A stretch of 64,000 nucleotides of DNA from a bacterium (GTDB taxonomy: Bacteria; Patescibacteriota; Patescibacteriia; Patescibacteriales; XYC2-FULL-47-12), in NCBI GenBank assembly GCA_030698385.1, contig JAUYLZ010000033.1, positions 9,905-73,904 on the forward strand. Direction: 5' to 3'. This document shows, piece by piece, positions 10,419-20,293 of this stretch. Both the position numbers and the translations under genes were made by a program. The stretch's first letter is position 1, and each line of letters begins with the position of its first letter. The notes under the pieces are model-generated. The model was given only the letters and a program-made list of their open reading frames with translations, searched no databases and had not been told where the DNA came from.

Positions 10419-11213
10419 GAGCGCTATCATCACCGCTAACGTTATTCTATAATAAGCGAAAATATTTAATGAATAGTTCTTTACATAAATAATAAAATAC
10501 TTAATTACATAATAACCGACAATATATGAAATGCTAAAACCAAACAATAAAATAAATAGATCGCTCTTATCAGAAATCGCGGCCAGCAAAGCCGGGATTT
10601 TTTTTATATTTGCGCCCAGAATAATCGGCGCTGAAATTAAAAATGAAAAACGAACAGCAGCCTCCCTGTTTAAATTCGCCGCCATTCCTGCTATAATAGT
10701 TACACCGGAACGTGATGTCCCGGGAAAAAAAGCCAATACCTGAGCACAGCCAATGAGCAGAGCTTTTTTCCAATTCATACTCTTTAACTGGATTGATTGC
10801 TTTGAGATCTTTTCAACAACAATAAAAAAAATCGCTATGACAATCAGCATGATAGCAACCACAATGGTTGAGCGTAATTTTTCTTCGATAAAGTCATCAA
10901 ACAAGTACCCCATGATGGCGGCGGGAATTGTAGCCAACACAATATACCAGCCCAATTTGGCGTTTACATCCGGCTCCTTTTTTCCCAGGCTACGCAGCCA
11001 TGACAATGTTATTTCCCGTATATCCCCAAAGAAAAAAATAATAACGGCCAAAAGCGTTCCGGCATGAAGCATGACATCAAACGCCGCGTCGTTAATTGGC
11101 AACGGCGGCAAAATGCTATGCAAAAAAATCAAATGACCCGATGATGAAATTGGTAAAAATTCAGTAAGACCCTGAATAAAACTTAATATAAAAACGCTAA
11201 AATATATAATCAT
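10401..11213 (-). CDS. uppP: Undecaprenyl-diphosphatase
   Basis: QGLTEFLPISSSGHL, PGTSRSG. Confidence 0.97.
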   Translation of the reverse strand: MIIYFSVFILSFIQGLTEFLPISSSGHLIFLHSILPPLPINDAAFDVMLHAGTLLAVIIFFFGDIREITLSWLRSLGKKEPDVNAKLGWYIVLATIPAAIMGYLFDDFIEEKLRSTIVVAIMLIVIAIFFIVVEKISKQSIQLKSMNWKKALLIGCAQVLAFFPGTSRSGVTIIAGMAANLNREAAVRFSFLISAPIILGANIKKIPALLAAISDKSDLFILLFGFSISYIVGYYVIKYFIIYVKNYSLNIFAYYRITLAVMIALLWMII

Positions 11214-11224
11214 ATTTTAAATCT

Positions 11225-11662
11225 ATGTATATAATAATTATCTTGCCTCTCACGGCTACTTTTTTAGCTCAGGCTTTAAAATTTTTTATAAAATCAAATC
11301 AGAAAAAGTTTAATCTGCGAAGCGCTTTTTCATATTCTGGCATGCCGTCCGGCCATAGTGCGCTGGTTATTTCACTAGCGGTTATTATGGGGCTTGAAAC
11401 TGGCTGGGATTCGCCGCTGTTTAGTTTTACGGCAATTTATGCTTTTTTAGTTATTCGTGACGCGCTTGGCTTGCGGCGCTTTATTGGGCGTCACAGCACA
11501 ATTATAAATAAATTGGTTAAAGACCTTGGTGATGATGATGTCTTGGAAGAAAATTACCCAAAATTAATTGAAAATATCGGCCACACTATCCCGCAAGTTG
11601 TTGTCGGCGGATTAATTGGAGCAGTTGTCAGCATCGTTGGCTATTACTATTTTAACATTTAA
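11225..11662 (+). CDS. Divergent PAP2 family protein (DUF212)
   Basis: SGMPSGHSA, RDALGLRR, GHTIPQV. Confidence 0.9.
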   Translation: MYIIIILPLTATFLAQALKFFIKSNQKKFNLRSAFSYSGMPSGHSALVISLAVIMGLETGWDSPLFSFTAIYAFLVIRDALGLRRFIGRHSTIINKLVKDLGDDDVLEENYPKLIENIGHTIPQVVVGGLIGAVVSIVGYYYFNI

Positions 11663-11679
11663 ACTTGTGTTTATCAATT

Positions 11680-11708
11680 AAAAAAAGAGGTTCAATACCT
11701 CTTTTTTT
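11680..11708. terminator. Bidirectional intrinsic terminator
   Basis: aaaaaaagagg/cctcttttttt hairpin between convergent genes. Confidence 0.75.
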
Positions 11709-13306
11709 TAAATCAACGACCTGCCGGTCATTTCCGGAGGTTTTTTTATATTCATTATTTTGAGAATCGTTGGCGCTACATCCGCCAGAATTCCCTGCGG
11801 TTTTAAAATACTCAAATCCGCGCCACTGATATCCGCTCGGCTTAATTTTTGCCCTTCCAAACTTTTATTTATTATTAACAAAGGAACAGGGTTAGTGCTA
11901 TGTTCTTTGGTGATTGATCCGGTCTGCATATTAAACATCTCCTCGGCGTTTCCATGATCGGCGGTTACAAGCATGGCGCCATCTTTGGCAATAATAATAC
12001 GAGTTAAATCACCAAGAATTTTGTCTAAAAAATTAATACCTTTTATCGTCGCGTCCATATCCCCCGTGTGACCAACCATGTCAGCATTGGCAAAATTAAC
12101 CAAAATAAAATCATATTTATCGTTGCTTAGCGCTTTTTTCAATGCCAAAAAAATTTCTGGCGCTGACATTTTCGGCTCATCGGCATATGACTCAACATTC
12201 ACAGAGGGAATGACTACCCTTTCTTCTCCAAGCATGGCTTCCTCAGCTCCGCCATTAAAAAAATAAGTTACGTGAGCGTATTTCTCAGTTTCGGCAATTC
12301 TTAATTGTTTTAAACCACTATCGGATAGTACTTGGCCCAATGTGTTCTTTATTGTCTCCGGAGGAAATGCGATGTGAACTGGCAGGTTTTTTTCATACTC
12401 TGTCATAGTGACAAAATATAAACTATCAAATTTTTTCATTCGCTCAAACTTATCAAAATCAGGTAAGACAAAAACCTTTGACATCTGACGAGCCCTGTCA
12501 GAGCGAAAATTAAAAAATACGACACTATCTTTATCGTCAATGGTTGCGATTGGCTTGTTGTTATTTGTTATTACTGACGGAACAAACTCTTCATCATAAA
12601 CTTTTTTACTGTAATAGTATTCAATTGCTTCGCCCGGAGTCGCAAAAAACTTATCGCATTTTCCCAAAGCAATGGCATTATATGTTTTTTTGACGCGATC
12701 CCAATGATTATTTCTATCCATTGCGTAAAAACGCCCTGAAAGAGTAGCTATTTTTCCAATTTTGTATTCAACAATTTTTTTCTCTACATCCATAACCAGC
12801 TGACGCCCGCTATTGTAGGGCATATCACGGCCATCTAAAAATAAATGTAAATATACTTGTTTTAATTTATGCTCAGAGGCAAAAGCCAACAGAGCTATTA
12901 AATGTTCAATCGCCGCGTGTATGCCGCCTGTTGATATCAAACCCAGGTAATGCAGCTTTGAATTATTAATCTTTGTATTTTCAATCGCCCCTTTTAAGGC
13001 GGAGTTATCAAAAAAACTATTATCACTGATTGCTTTGTTAATACGAGGCAAATCCTGATAAACTATTCTCCCTGACCCCAAATTCAAATGGCCAACCTCG
13101 CTATTACCCATAGCTCCCCAAGGCACCCCAGCCGCTTCACCAGCGGCGCTTAATATTGTGGCCGGATAGCGCGCTATTAAAGATTCATAATTCGGCAATT
13201 TTGTCTGAGAAATGGCATTACCTGAGTAAAATGGGGCTATCCCCCATCCATCCAAAACAACCAATAATACTGGCTTTGGTCTTTGTTTAAAATTTATATT
13301 TATCAT
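11708..13306 (-). CDS. gpmI: 2,3-bisphosphoglycerate-independent phosphoglycerate mutase (copy 1)
   Basis: LDGWG, MGNSEVGH, AETEKYAHVTYFFNGG, TADHGNAE. Confidence 0.96.
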   Translation of the reverse strand: MININFKQRPKPVLLVVLDGWGIAPFYSGNAISQTKLPNYESLIARYPATILSAAGEAAGVPWGAMGNSEVGHLNLGSGRIVYQDLPRINKAISDNSFFDNSALKGAIENTKINNSKLHYLGLISTGGIHAAIEHLIALLAFASEHKLKQVYLHLFLDGRDMPYNSGRQLVMDVEKKIVEYKIGKIATLSGRFYAMDRNNHWDRVKKTYNAIALGKCDKFFATPGEAIEYYYSKKVYDEEFVPSVITNNNKPIATIDDKDSVVFFNFRSDRARQMSKVFVLPDFDKFERMKKFDSLYFVTMTEYEKNLPVHIAFPPETIKNTLGQVLSDSGLKQLRIAETEKYAHVTYFFNGGAEEAMLGEERVVIPSVNVESYADEPKMSAPEIFLALKKALSNDKYDFILVNFANADMVGHTGDMDATIKGINFLDKILGDLTRIIIAKDGAMLVTADHGNAEEMFNMQTGSITKEHSTNPVPLLIINKSLEGQKLSRADISGADLSILKPQGILADVAPTILKIMNIKKPPEMTGRSLI

Positions 13307-13312
13307 TTTTTT

Positions 13313-14899
13313 TTATTTTTTTAATAATGATTTACCAGTCATTTCCGAAGGTTTTTTCATATTCATCAACTGAAGTATGGTGGGGGCAACATCGCCAAGT
13401 ATTCCTTGTTTGCTTAAAACAAATTTTTTTCCTTTTAAATCGCTGTCGTAGAGGATAAATGGTACCGGCATAATTGAGTGTTGAGTGTCAATTTCACCTG
13501 TTTTTTGATTTAACAATCCTTCAGCATTGCCGTGATCAGCCGTAATAATAACGCGATAGTCAGCGCCGGCTTGTGCAATGATTTTACCAATACATAAATC
13601 CGTGATCTCACAGGCCTTAATGGTTGCTTTTAGATTTCCAGTGTGAGCAATCATATCGGGAGCGGCAAAATTAAGCGCGGCAAAATCAAATGACTTTTTT
13701 TTCATCATCTTAATAATCGTACTCGCGACTTTGAATGAACTCATCGCCGGCGCTTCTTCATAATTCTTTTTGTCCGGCGAATTTATGATGACGCGCTTTT
13801 CGCCAGCTACTGTGTCAGCGTAACCACCATTGAGAAAATACGTTACGTGCGCGTATTTCTCGGTCTCGGCTATATACCATTGGCGTAAGTCACGAAACTG
13901 CATAGGTAGTGTTTCTTTAACATCAATACTCGGATAGGCGGTAAAAATACTATCCAAATCCGGCCCAAAATCAGTCATCGCGACATAATTAAGATTATTA
14001 ATGACATTCTTGCGGTGAAATGAACCCGGATTCATTTTTTCAAAATCTTTTTGCACAAACGCCTTAGTAATTTGCCGAGCGCGGTCTGATCTTAGGTTAA
14101 AAAATATTACCGAATCATTATCTTGGATATGAGTTAAACGCTTGCCTTTTTCAAATATCACATAAGGCTCCATAAATTCATCGGTGTTGTTGTGATTGTA
14201 ACTCTGGGTAATAGCGTCAACAACTGACTCAGCTTTGTGCCAAGTGCATTGATCACAGGTCAAAACATCATAAGCCTGTTCGGTTATTGGCCAATTTTTC
14301 TTTCTGTCCATTGCATAATACCGGCCCATGACAGTCGCTATTTTCACGTTTGAACCCAAATAAGGTGTCAGGTCTTTGATTAATTTAAGAGCGGCATGTT
14401 GCGGTGAATCACGGCCATCAGTGAATAAATGTAAATAAACATTTTTTAAATTATTCATTCTAGTCATCTCCAGCAGAGCTTTTAGATGGTCAGGATCGCT
14501 GTGAGCGCTCATTCCGTTTGATAACAGCCCCATGATGTGCAGAGTTGACTTATTTTTTTTGACATGTCTAATTGACTGTAAAAAGGCGGGATTTTTAAAA
14601 AAAGTCCCATCCTTAATGGTCTTCGTTATTCTAATCGTATCCTGATCAACCACGCGGCCGGCGCCAATATTCATGTGGCCTGCTTCTGAATTCCCTTCTT
14701 GCAGATCTGTCAATCCCACGCATTTACCATGCGCGCATAGTTGCGCGTTAGGGTATTCCTTCTGCAAACCGTCCATAACTGGCGTATTAGCCAGCGCAAT
14801 CGCATTGCCTTCGCTAGGCGGCGCAATCCCCCAGCCGTCAATAATTACCAAAACAAGCGGTTTTGTTGTAAACTCTTTTTTTGTTTTTTTTGTGGGCAT
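13313..14899 (-). CDS. gpmI: 2,3-bisphosphoglycerate-independent phosphoglycerate mutase (copy 2)
   Basis: IDGWG, GNSEAGH, AETEKYAHVTYF, TADHGNAE. Confidence 0.96.
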   Translation of the reverse strand: MPTKKTKKEFTTKPLVLVIIDGWGIAPPSEGNAIALANTPVMDGLQKEYPNAQLCAHGKCVGLTDLQEGNSEAGHMNIGAGRVVDQDTIRITKTIKDGTFFKNPAFLQSIRHVKKNKSTLHIMGLLSNGMSAHSDPDHLKALLEMTRMNNLKNVYLHLFTDGRDSPQHAALKLIKDLTPYLGSNVKIATVMGRYYAMDRKKNWPITEQAYDVLTCDQCTWHKAESVVDAITQSYNHNNTDEFMEPYVIFEKGKRLTHIQDNDSVIFFNLRSDRARQITKAFVQKDFEKMNPGSFHRKNVINNLNYVAMTDFGPDLDSIFTAYPSIDVKETLPMQFRDLRQWYIAETEKYAHVTYFLNGGYADTVAGEKRVIINSPDKKNYEEAPAMSSFKVASTIIKMMKKKSFDFAALNFAAPDMIAHTGNLKATIKACEITDLCIGKIIAQAGADYRVIITADHGNAEGLLNQKTGEIDTQHSIMPVPFILYDSDLKGKKFVLSKQGILGDVAPTILQLMNMKKPSEMTGKSLLKK

Positions 14900-14915
14900 A
14901 ACTATTATTGTTACT

Positions 14916-15311
14916 TTAAAATAAAGCTCTATTCTTTAAAAGATAGACTGAACCTGTGGCCCAAACACCATAAAGAATAAATTTTTCAACTATAGCATAT
15001 ACCTCATAAACATGGAACAACCCTACAATATCTATGAATGTTGTCGCTGAAAAAAATATTCCGGGTATAGCTGTTAACCATAAAGCCCATTTTTGACGAA
15101 ATAATAAACCTATACCACATACCACAGCGTATACTACCGACTGAATCATTGATAGCCGCACCAATAACACTTCTGTGCTCACATAACCTGTTGTGAGTTG
15201 GCCCTTTTCAGGTAGTAAAAAAGTTACTATAAGACCTAGTGTTGGAAAAATAGCATACAGCAGTATAATGATAGCAAAAATTTTAACAAATGTAGCGTGC
15301 TTTGTACCCAT
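14916..15311 (-). CDS. Hypothetical 4-TM membrane protein
   Basis: 131 aa hydrophobic ORF. Confidence 0.65.
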   Translation of the reverse strand: MGTKHATFVKIFAIIILLYAIFPTLGLIVTFLLPEKGQLTTGYVSTEVLLVRLSMIQSVVYAVVCGIGLLFRQKWALWLTAIPGIFFSATTFIDIVGLFHVYEVYAIVEKFILYGVWATGSVYLLKNRALF

Positions 15312-15351
15312 ATTATTGTAAGTATAATAACTTAGTGTTGGTTATCAATAT

Positions 15352-15513
15352 CTACGGCAATCGCTTCTTGTTCTCCACCTGCTGCAAATAGTTGCCCTTC
15401 GTTGAGACTTTCTTGTCGCTCTTTTTCTCCAAATCAGCCCGTGCCCAGCCGTCAATAATTACCAAAACAAGCGGTTTTGTTGTAAACTCTTTTTTTGGTT
15501 TTTTGGTGGTCAT
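15352..15513 (-). pseudogene. Chimeric 53-aa ORF: gpmI N-terminus fused to an unrelated C-terminal fragment
   Basis: MTTKKPKKEFTTKPLVLVIIDGW + ARADLEKKSDKKVSTKGNYLQQVENKKRLP*. Confidence 0.7.
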
Positions 15514-15521
15514 AAGTATAT

Positions 15522-16598
15522 TTACACAGCTTGATAGTGCTTAGATTTTTCAAGCAAAAAATTTTTTAACGTATCAGCGCCGTCTCGCTGTAGCCCAATA
15601 ATTACAATAGACCGCTTCTCTGAACGCTCTGCCGCTGTTTCAATCGCTACGCGGTATAGGCGAAATAATCTATCAACAACGCCTTGGGTAACGTTAACAT
15701 TTTGAATTCTGTTGTAGTATACAAACGTATCGCTGCTCGCTATTACTTTGCTGGAAATAGTGCCCTTTTCACTATCAAAGGTAAATTTAAAATTGTGGTA
15801 CCATATATAGGTATATATAAACACACTAGCCGCGATAATTAACGGCACACCCAAAACCACCGGCAATGCTAATACGGTTGACTGCCACCTTTGACTCTCG
15901 TCAGCAAACAATAAAAACATAAATAATCCCAAAACTGTTACTGCCGTCCGCTCAAACGTCAAAAGAAAAATAATTTTTTGAGACATCGATACCGTATCAC
16001 GAGTTAACATCTTTGTGTTGTTATTCTTTATCTCTTTTGAGGATTGTTTCTGGCTACTCTTAGTGGTATGCTGTACATTTTTTAAACTTTTGCCGGTAAC
16101 CTGCTCATTTAAAAACGCAACGAGTTTATCAGCGTTCTCCCTGTTTAACCCGTCTACGTGAGAATAGAATCCTGACTTCTCGCCGGCAGTTTCGTAATGA
16201 ACATCATACAAACCGAATATACGATCTAAGATATCCTGGTCAACAAAAATATTCTGTATTCTACTGTACTGCACATGTCCTGTCGCACGTGATATAACAC
16301 CTTTGCTAATTTCAGCTTTCTCTGACTCAAAATTGTAATAGTAATACTTGTAGTATAAGTACTGATAGAACCACCCACCGAAAAAAATAAGCACAGATGG
16401 TGTAATAATGACGAAGAAAAGGTAAAAATATAAATCGATGCCTAGCTTCTGACCCGCGTCACCGATAAGATACTCTACAAAAAAAATAAATGGCAAGAGA
16501 ATAAATAATGAACCAGCCAGAGGGTACACTACCCATGAACTCAAAGTTTTCTTAATAATCTTACGCTTGCTTAAGGGTAAATTTTGTGAGTTATACAT
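15522..16598 (-). CDS. Membrane protein with two bacterial PH (bPH_2) domains
   Basis: Twice-repeated YxRIQNxxVxQxxxDRxFxLYxVxxETA motif. Confidence 0.85.
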   Translation of the reverse strand: MYNSQNLPLSKRKIIKKTLSSWVVYPLAGSLFILLPFIFFVEYLIGDAGQKLGIDLYFYLFFVIITPSVLIFFGGWFYQYLYYKYYYYNFESEKAEISKGVISRATGHVQYSRIQNIFVDQDILDRIFGLYDVHYETAGEKSGFYSHVDGLNRENADKLVAFLNEQVTGKSLKNVQHTTKSSQKQSSKEIKNNNTKMLTRDTVSMSQKIIFLLTFERTAVTVLGLFMFLLFADESQRWQSTVLALPVVLGVPLIIAASVFIYTYIWYHNFKFTFDSEKGTISSKVIASSDTFVYYNRIQNVNVTQGVVDRLFRLYRVAIETAAERSEKRSIVIIGLQRDGADTLKNFLLEKSKHYQAV

Positions 16599-16626
16599 AG
16601 TAGTCTTTAGTAATTTACAATTTTAT

Positions 16627-17907
16627 CTACCCGTAAACCTCCCGTTCAATCTCCATCAAACGGTTATACTTGCACACCCGCTCACCGCGCGATAATGAGC
16701 CGAATTTTACATAATCAGCTCCCACAGCAACAGCCAAATCGGCAATAAACTCATCGGTTGTCTCTCCACTGCGATGAGAAACAAATATTTTATAATTATT
16801 TTTTTGCGCGAGCTTCACACAGTCTATAGTTTCGCTGAGTGTTCCAATTTGGTTGGGTTTTATCAAGATCGTATTAGCCACTTTCTTTTTTATGCCCATT
16901 TCCAATCTTTTGATATTGGTTGTGAACAAATCATCGCCAACAATCATTATTTCTTTTCCCAATTGCGCGGTCAATTCACGCCAGCCTTCCCAGTCATCCT
17001 GCGATAACCCGTCTTCAATGGAAACAACATTGAACTTTTTTAACCAGTCATTATACAAATCAATAAGCGTAATATTTAAAAAACTTGCTTGATCAAGCTT
17101 AAAAATATATTTTTTTGTATTAATATCATAGAGTTCGGATGAACCCACGTCAATTCCTATGCCAATATCTCTGCCAACTTTGTAGCCGGCCCTGACTGTC
17201 GCGGCCAAAATAAATTCCATCGCCTGAACCGAGGAATAAATATCAGGCGCGTACCCACCCTCGTTTCCCACATCAGTATCAAACCCGTCTTCTTTTAACA
17301 CATCTCCGAGTTCATGAAAAATTTCCGATCCCATTCTTATTTTTTCCGCGATATCTCCTGGTTTTATATTTTTTTGCAAAGGAACTAACATAAATTCCTG
17401 AAAATCCAAATTTGTATCAGCGTGCTTGCCGCCGTTAAAAATATTAAAACACGGTATCGGCAGTTTAGCGTGTCCTTTGTCAAAACCGTAAGTATCCTCT
17501 AGATAAATAAATAATTCTTTTTTTTCAGCAACTGCCGCCGCCCGAGCGCATGACAAAGACACGGCCAAAATCGCGTTCGCGCCCAGCTTTTCTTTGTTTT
17601 CCGTGCCGTCTAATTTTATCAACTCATCATCGATAAATTTCTGTCTTTCAACATCAACATTATTTAATTTCGGCGCAATAATATCGTTAATATTTTTCAC
17701 TGCCTTGGTAACTCCCAAACCTCGGTATCTGTCTTTATCATTGTCACGCAATTCACATGCTTCATGAACTCCGGTTGAAGCGCCGGCGGGAACTGAAGCT
17801 TTGGCGCTGATTCCGTTTTCAAGAGTTACCAAAGATTCAATGGTTGGATTGCCGCGCGAGTCCAAAATTTCGCGGGCGGTTATTGTTTTTATAGTATGAG
17901 AAGACAT
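16627..17907 (-). CDS. eno: Enolase
   Basis: REILDSRGNPT, VGDDLF, KPNQIGTLSE, SHRSGET. Confidence 0.98.
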   Translation of the reverse strand: MSSHTIKTITAREILDSRGNPTIESLVTLENGISAKASVPAGASTGVHEACELRDNDKDRYRGLGVTKAVKNINDIIAPKLNNVDVERQKFIDDELIKLDGTENKEKLGANAILAVSLSCARAAAVAEKKELFIYLEDTYGFDKGHAKLPIPCFNIFNGGKHADTNLDFQEFMLVPLQKNIKPGDIAEKIRMGSEIFHELGDVLKEDGFDTDVGNEGGYAPDIYSSVQAMEFILAATVRAGYKVGRDIGIGIDVGSSELYDINTKKYIFKLDQASFLNITLIDLYNDWLKKFNVVSIEDGLSQDDWEGWRELTAQLGKEIMIVGDDLFTTNIKRLEMGIKKKVANTILIKPNQIGTLSETIDCVKLAQKNNYKIFVSHRSGETTDEFIADLAVAVGADYVKFGSLSRGERVCKYNRLMEIEREVYG

Positions 17908-17919
17908 AACATAACTTAA

Positions 17920-18327
17920 TTATAAAAAAAATGTAATTGTATACACCACCGCACTTATCGTAGCTAGCAACAACATTACCTTGGAAACAGAAACTATACG
18001 CGATCTCCTGACTTGTAATTGATCTCTTAGAAACCATACTGCAACGATAACAGCAACAACCAACGCACAGAATGCTAATAGTATTAAAAACCAAAAAAAA
18101 GCAGCTATACACCATGTGTCACCCGGACCCGTCACCCGACATCCTAACGAACCGCGTACCGAGTTCTTTATGAAATCGCTTATGAATTCAGGGAACCATA
18201 GGTGTTCAGTAAAAAGTAATACAATGAACACGGGAATAAATGTCAGCGTGACATACATTATAAACAAAATACTGTTCGTAACATAGATTTTCCAGAGTTT
18301 AACTTGTGGCTTGAATTCTTTATCCAC
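17920..18327 (-). CDS. Hypothetical membrane protein (GTG start)
   Basis: 135 aa, 3 TM segments. Confidence 0.6.
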   Translation of the reverse strand: MDKEFKPQVKLWKIYVTNSILFIMYVTLTFIPVFIVLLFTEHLWFPEFISDFIKNSVRGSLGCRVTGPGDTWCIAAFFWFLILLAFCALVVAVIVAVWFLRDQLQVRRSRIVSVSKVMLLLATISAVVYTITFFL

Positions 18328-18453
18328 ACAATTCTTATGAGTAAGTAAATAATACTCAATAAATTTTCCCGGCTTTAAAATTATTTATAATGCCCACAGT
18401 ACTAATTTTATTCTATACCCTATGAAAATTGATATCATACCTATAATGGTTAA

Positions 18454-18984
18454 TTACTTCTTAATAATTTTAATAACATCATCTGCGTTATACTGATTAT
18501 TTCCAACTCCGTCCGGGCCGTATGAACCGACCACGACGGCATCAACACAAGTCATGCCGCCATTGCAGGGCAAGTTTGCCTGCGTAACTCTGTAATCAGT
18601 ATCAAAAAAATACGCATTGCCCCATGGATCTGCATTTACTATTACCATATAAGGTCCGCTCCAATTATCATATGTTCCGTCAGTAGCGGCAATACCAACT
18701 TCCGAATCACTCAAACTGTAAGTACAGCCATCCGCGCAGATTTCATTTGCATTGCCGGAATTTACTTCCTCAACCAATTGATGATTTGGCCATACCAATG
18801 TGTCTATGCCAAGTATGCCAATAGCTAAGGCTATTGAAGATATGTCATTTTGTGCCTTGGCTATTTTGGATTGTCTGCGCGCAACATTGTAATTGGTTAC
18901 CGCGATTAATGATATGATAGTAATAATAGATATTACAATCAGTAGTTCTATCAAAGTAAATCCTTTTTTAGATAACTTTGCCAT
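18454..18984 (-). CDS. Type IV pilin / GspG-like prepilin
   Basis: KKGFTLIELLIVI cleavage motif; DPWGNAY and SYGPDG GspG-like motifs. Confidence 0.9.
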   Translation of the reverse strand: MAKLSKKGFTLIELLIVISIITIISLIAVTNYNVARRQSKIAKAQNDISSIALAIGILGIDTLVWPNHQLVEEVNSGNANEICADGCTYSLSDSEVGIAATDGTYDNWSGPYMVIVNADPWGNAYFFDTDYRVTQANLPCNGGMTCVDAVVVGSYGPDGVGNNQYNADDVIKIIKK

Positions 18985-18993
18985 ATAGATAAA

Positions 18994-20181
18994 TTAATTT
19001 ACCAAACCTTCCAAGCCGGGCATTTTGTCGCCGGCAAGGTATGCTAACATCGCGCCGCCGCCGGTAGAAATCCAATCTACATAGTCCAACATTTTAGTTT
19101 GCTTCAGCGCTGATACTGTTTCACCGCCGCCGACTACGCCAAAAGCCTTACCGCTCGATACCGACGCGACAACTCTAGCTATGGCTAACGTACCATGTTT
19201 GAAATGATCATTTTCAAACATACCCATTGGACCATTCCAGATGATAGTTTTTGCTTTTTTTAGATAACGGCTGTATAGACGAATTGTCTCGGGACCAATA
19301 TCAAACTGCCAAACACTTTGCTTCAGATCCTTGGCTGAGTAAACTTTTATATCACCGTCTCCTTTTTTACCGGTTGCGGTCACGAAGTCAACCGGCAAAA
19401 TTATTTTTCTAGATAAAATACTCTTGGCCATTTTTTTTGCCTCCTGGCTGACCTTATATTTACCGGTACTGAATTTTTTTGCCGCCAAAAAATCATGACT
19501 AATCATACCGCCAACCAAAATAAAACTCGCTTTTTTCTTCAGGCTCTTGACCACCGGTACCTTGGTTTCAATTTTAGAACCGCCAATAACCAGCACTAGT
19601 GGTTTTTTTGGCCTTAGGGCTTTTTGTAAACTAATAATCTCTTCTTCTAGCAAAAGTCCGGCATATGATGGTAAAAATTTTTTGATAGCGGCAACCGAAG
19701 CGTGTCTGCGATGTGAAACCGCTATGGCATTATTCACGTAAATATCAGCTAGGTTGGCCAACTTTTTTGCGAAATTCTCATCATTTTTTTCCTCACCCTT
19801 GTAAAACCTTAAATTATCCAGAAGTATGATCTGGCCGTCTTTCAAAGCTTTAACGGCATTTTTTGCTCTTAAGCCAATTACATCATCAATATATCTAACT
19901 TTTTTCCCTAGTAACACAGACAACTTAGCGCAAATTGGATTTAATATAAACTTTTTGCTTTTTTTTCCATTCGGCCGGCCCAGGTGCGTAATCAAAACTA
20001 CCTTTGCCCCTTGCGAGGTAAGCAGACGAATTGTTGGCAAACTTTTAACGATTTTGAAATCATCAATCACCTTTTTACCGATAATTGGGACGCTAAAATC
20101 ACATCGGACTAAAATTACTTTGCCACGCAAATTTCTCACGCCTTTAATGGTTTTAATTTTTTTTTTATGAATAAATGACAT
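18994..20181 (-). CDS. pgk: Phosphoglycerate kinase
   Basis: THLGRP, NLRF, IWNGPMGMFE, GGGET, STGGGA. Confidence 0.97.
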   Translation of the reverse strand: MSFIHKKKIKTIKGVRNLRGKVILVRCDFSVPIIGKKVIDDFKIVKSLPTIRLLTSQGAKVVLITHLGRPNGKKSKKFILNPICAKLSVLLGKKVRYIDDVIGLRAKNAVKALKDGQIILLDNLRFYKGEEKNDENFAKKLANLADIYVNNAIAVSHRRHASVAAIKKFLPSYAGLLLEEEIISLQKALRPKKPLVLVIGGSKIETKVPVVKSLKKKASFILVGGMISHDFLAAKKFSTGKYKVSQEAKKMAKSILSRKIILPVDFVTATGKKGDGDIKVYSAKDLKQSVWQFDIGPETIRLYSRYLKKAKTIIWNGPMGMFENDHFKHGTLAIARVVASVSSGKAFGVVGGGETVSALKQTKMLDYVDWISTGGGAMLAYLAGDKMPGLEGLVN

Positions 20182-20293
20182 TTTTTACTACAAAAATTTT
20201 AATACAAACTTACGTTAATTATACCACAAACTTTTCAGATATAAAAATTAAAACTTTCTTATCAAAGCCATTTTTTTATTCTTTAGCAAATAT

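Larger units (their letters stand above)
14830..15515. repeat. 72-bp direct repeat of the gpmI 5' end (14830-14901 and 15444-15515)
   Basis: 69/72 identical by manual alignment. Confidence 0.92.

Noticed and set aside
18330-18453. Possible gene remnant between the pilin and the membrane-protein gene
   Set aside because: No recognisable frame or repeat could be supported
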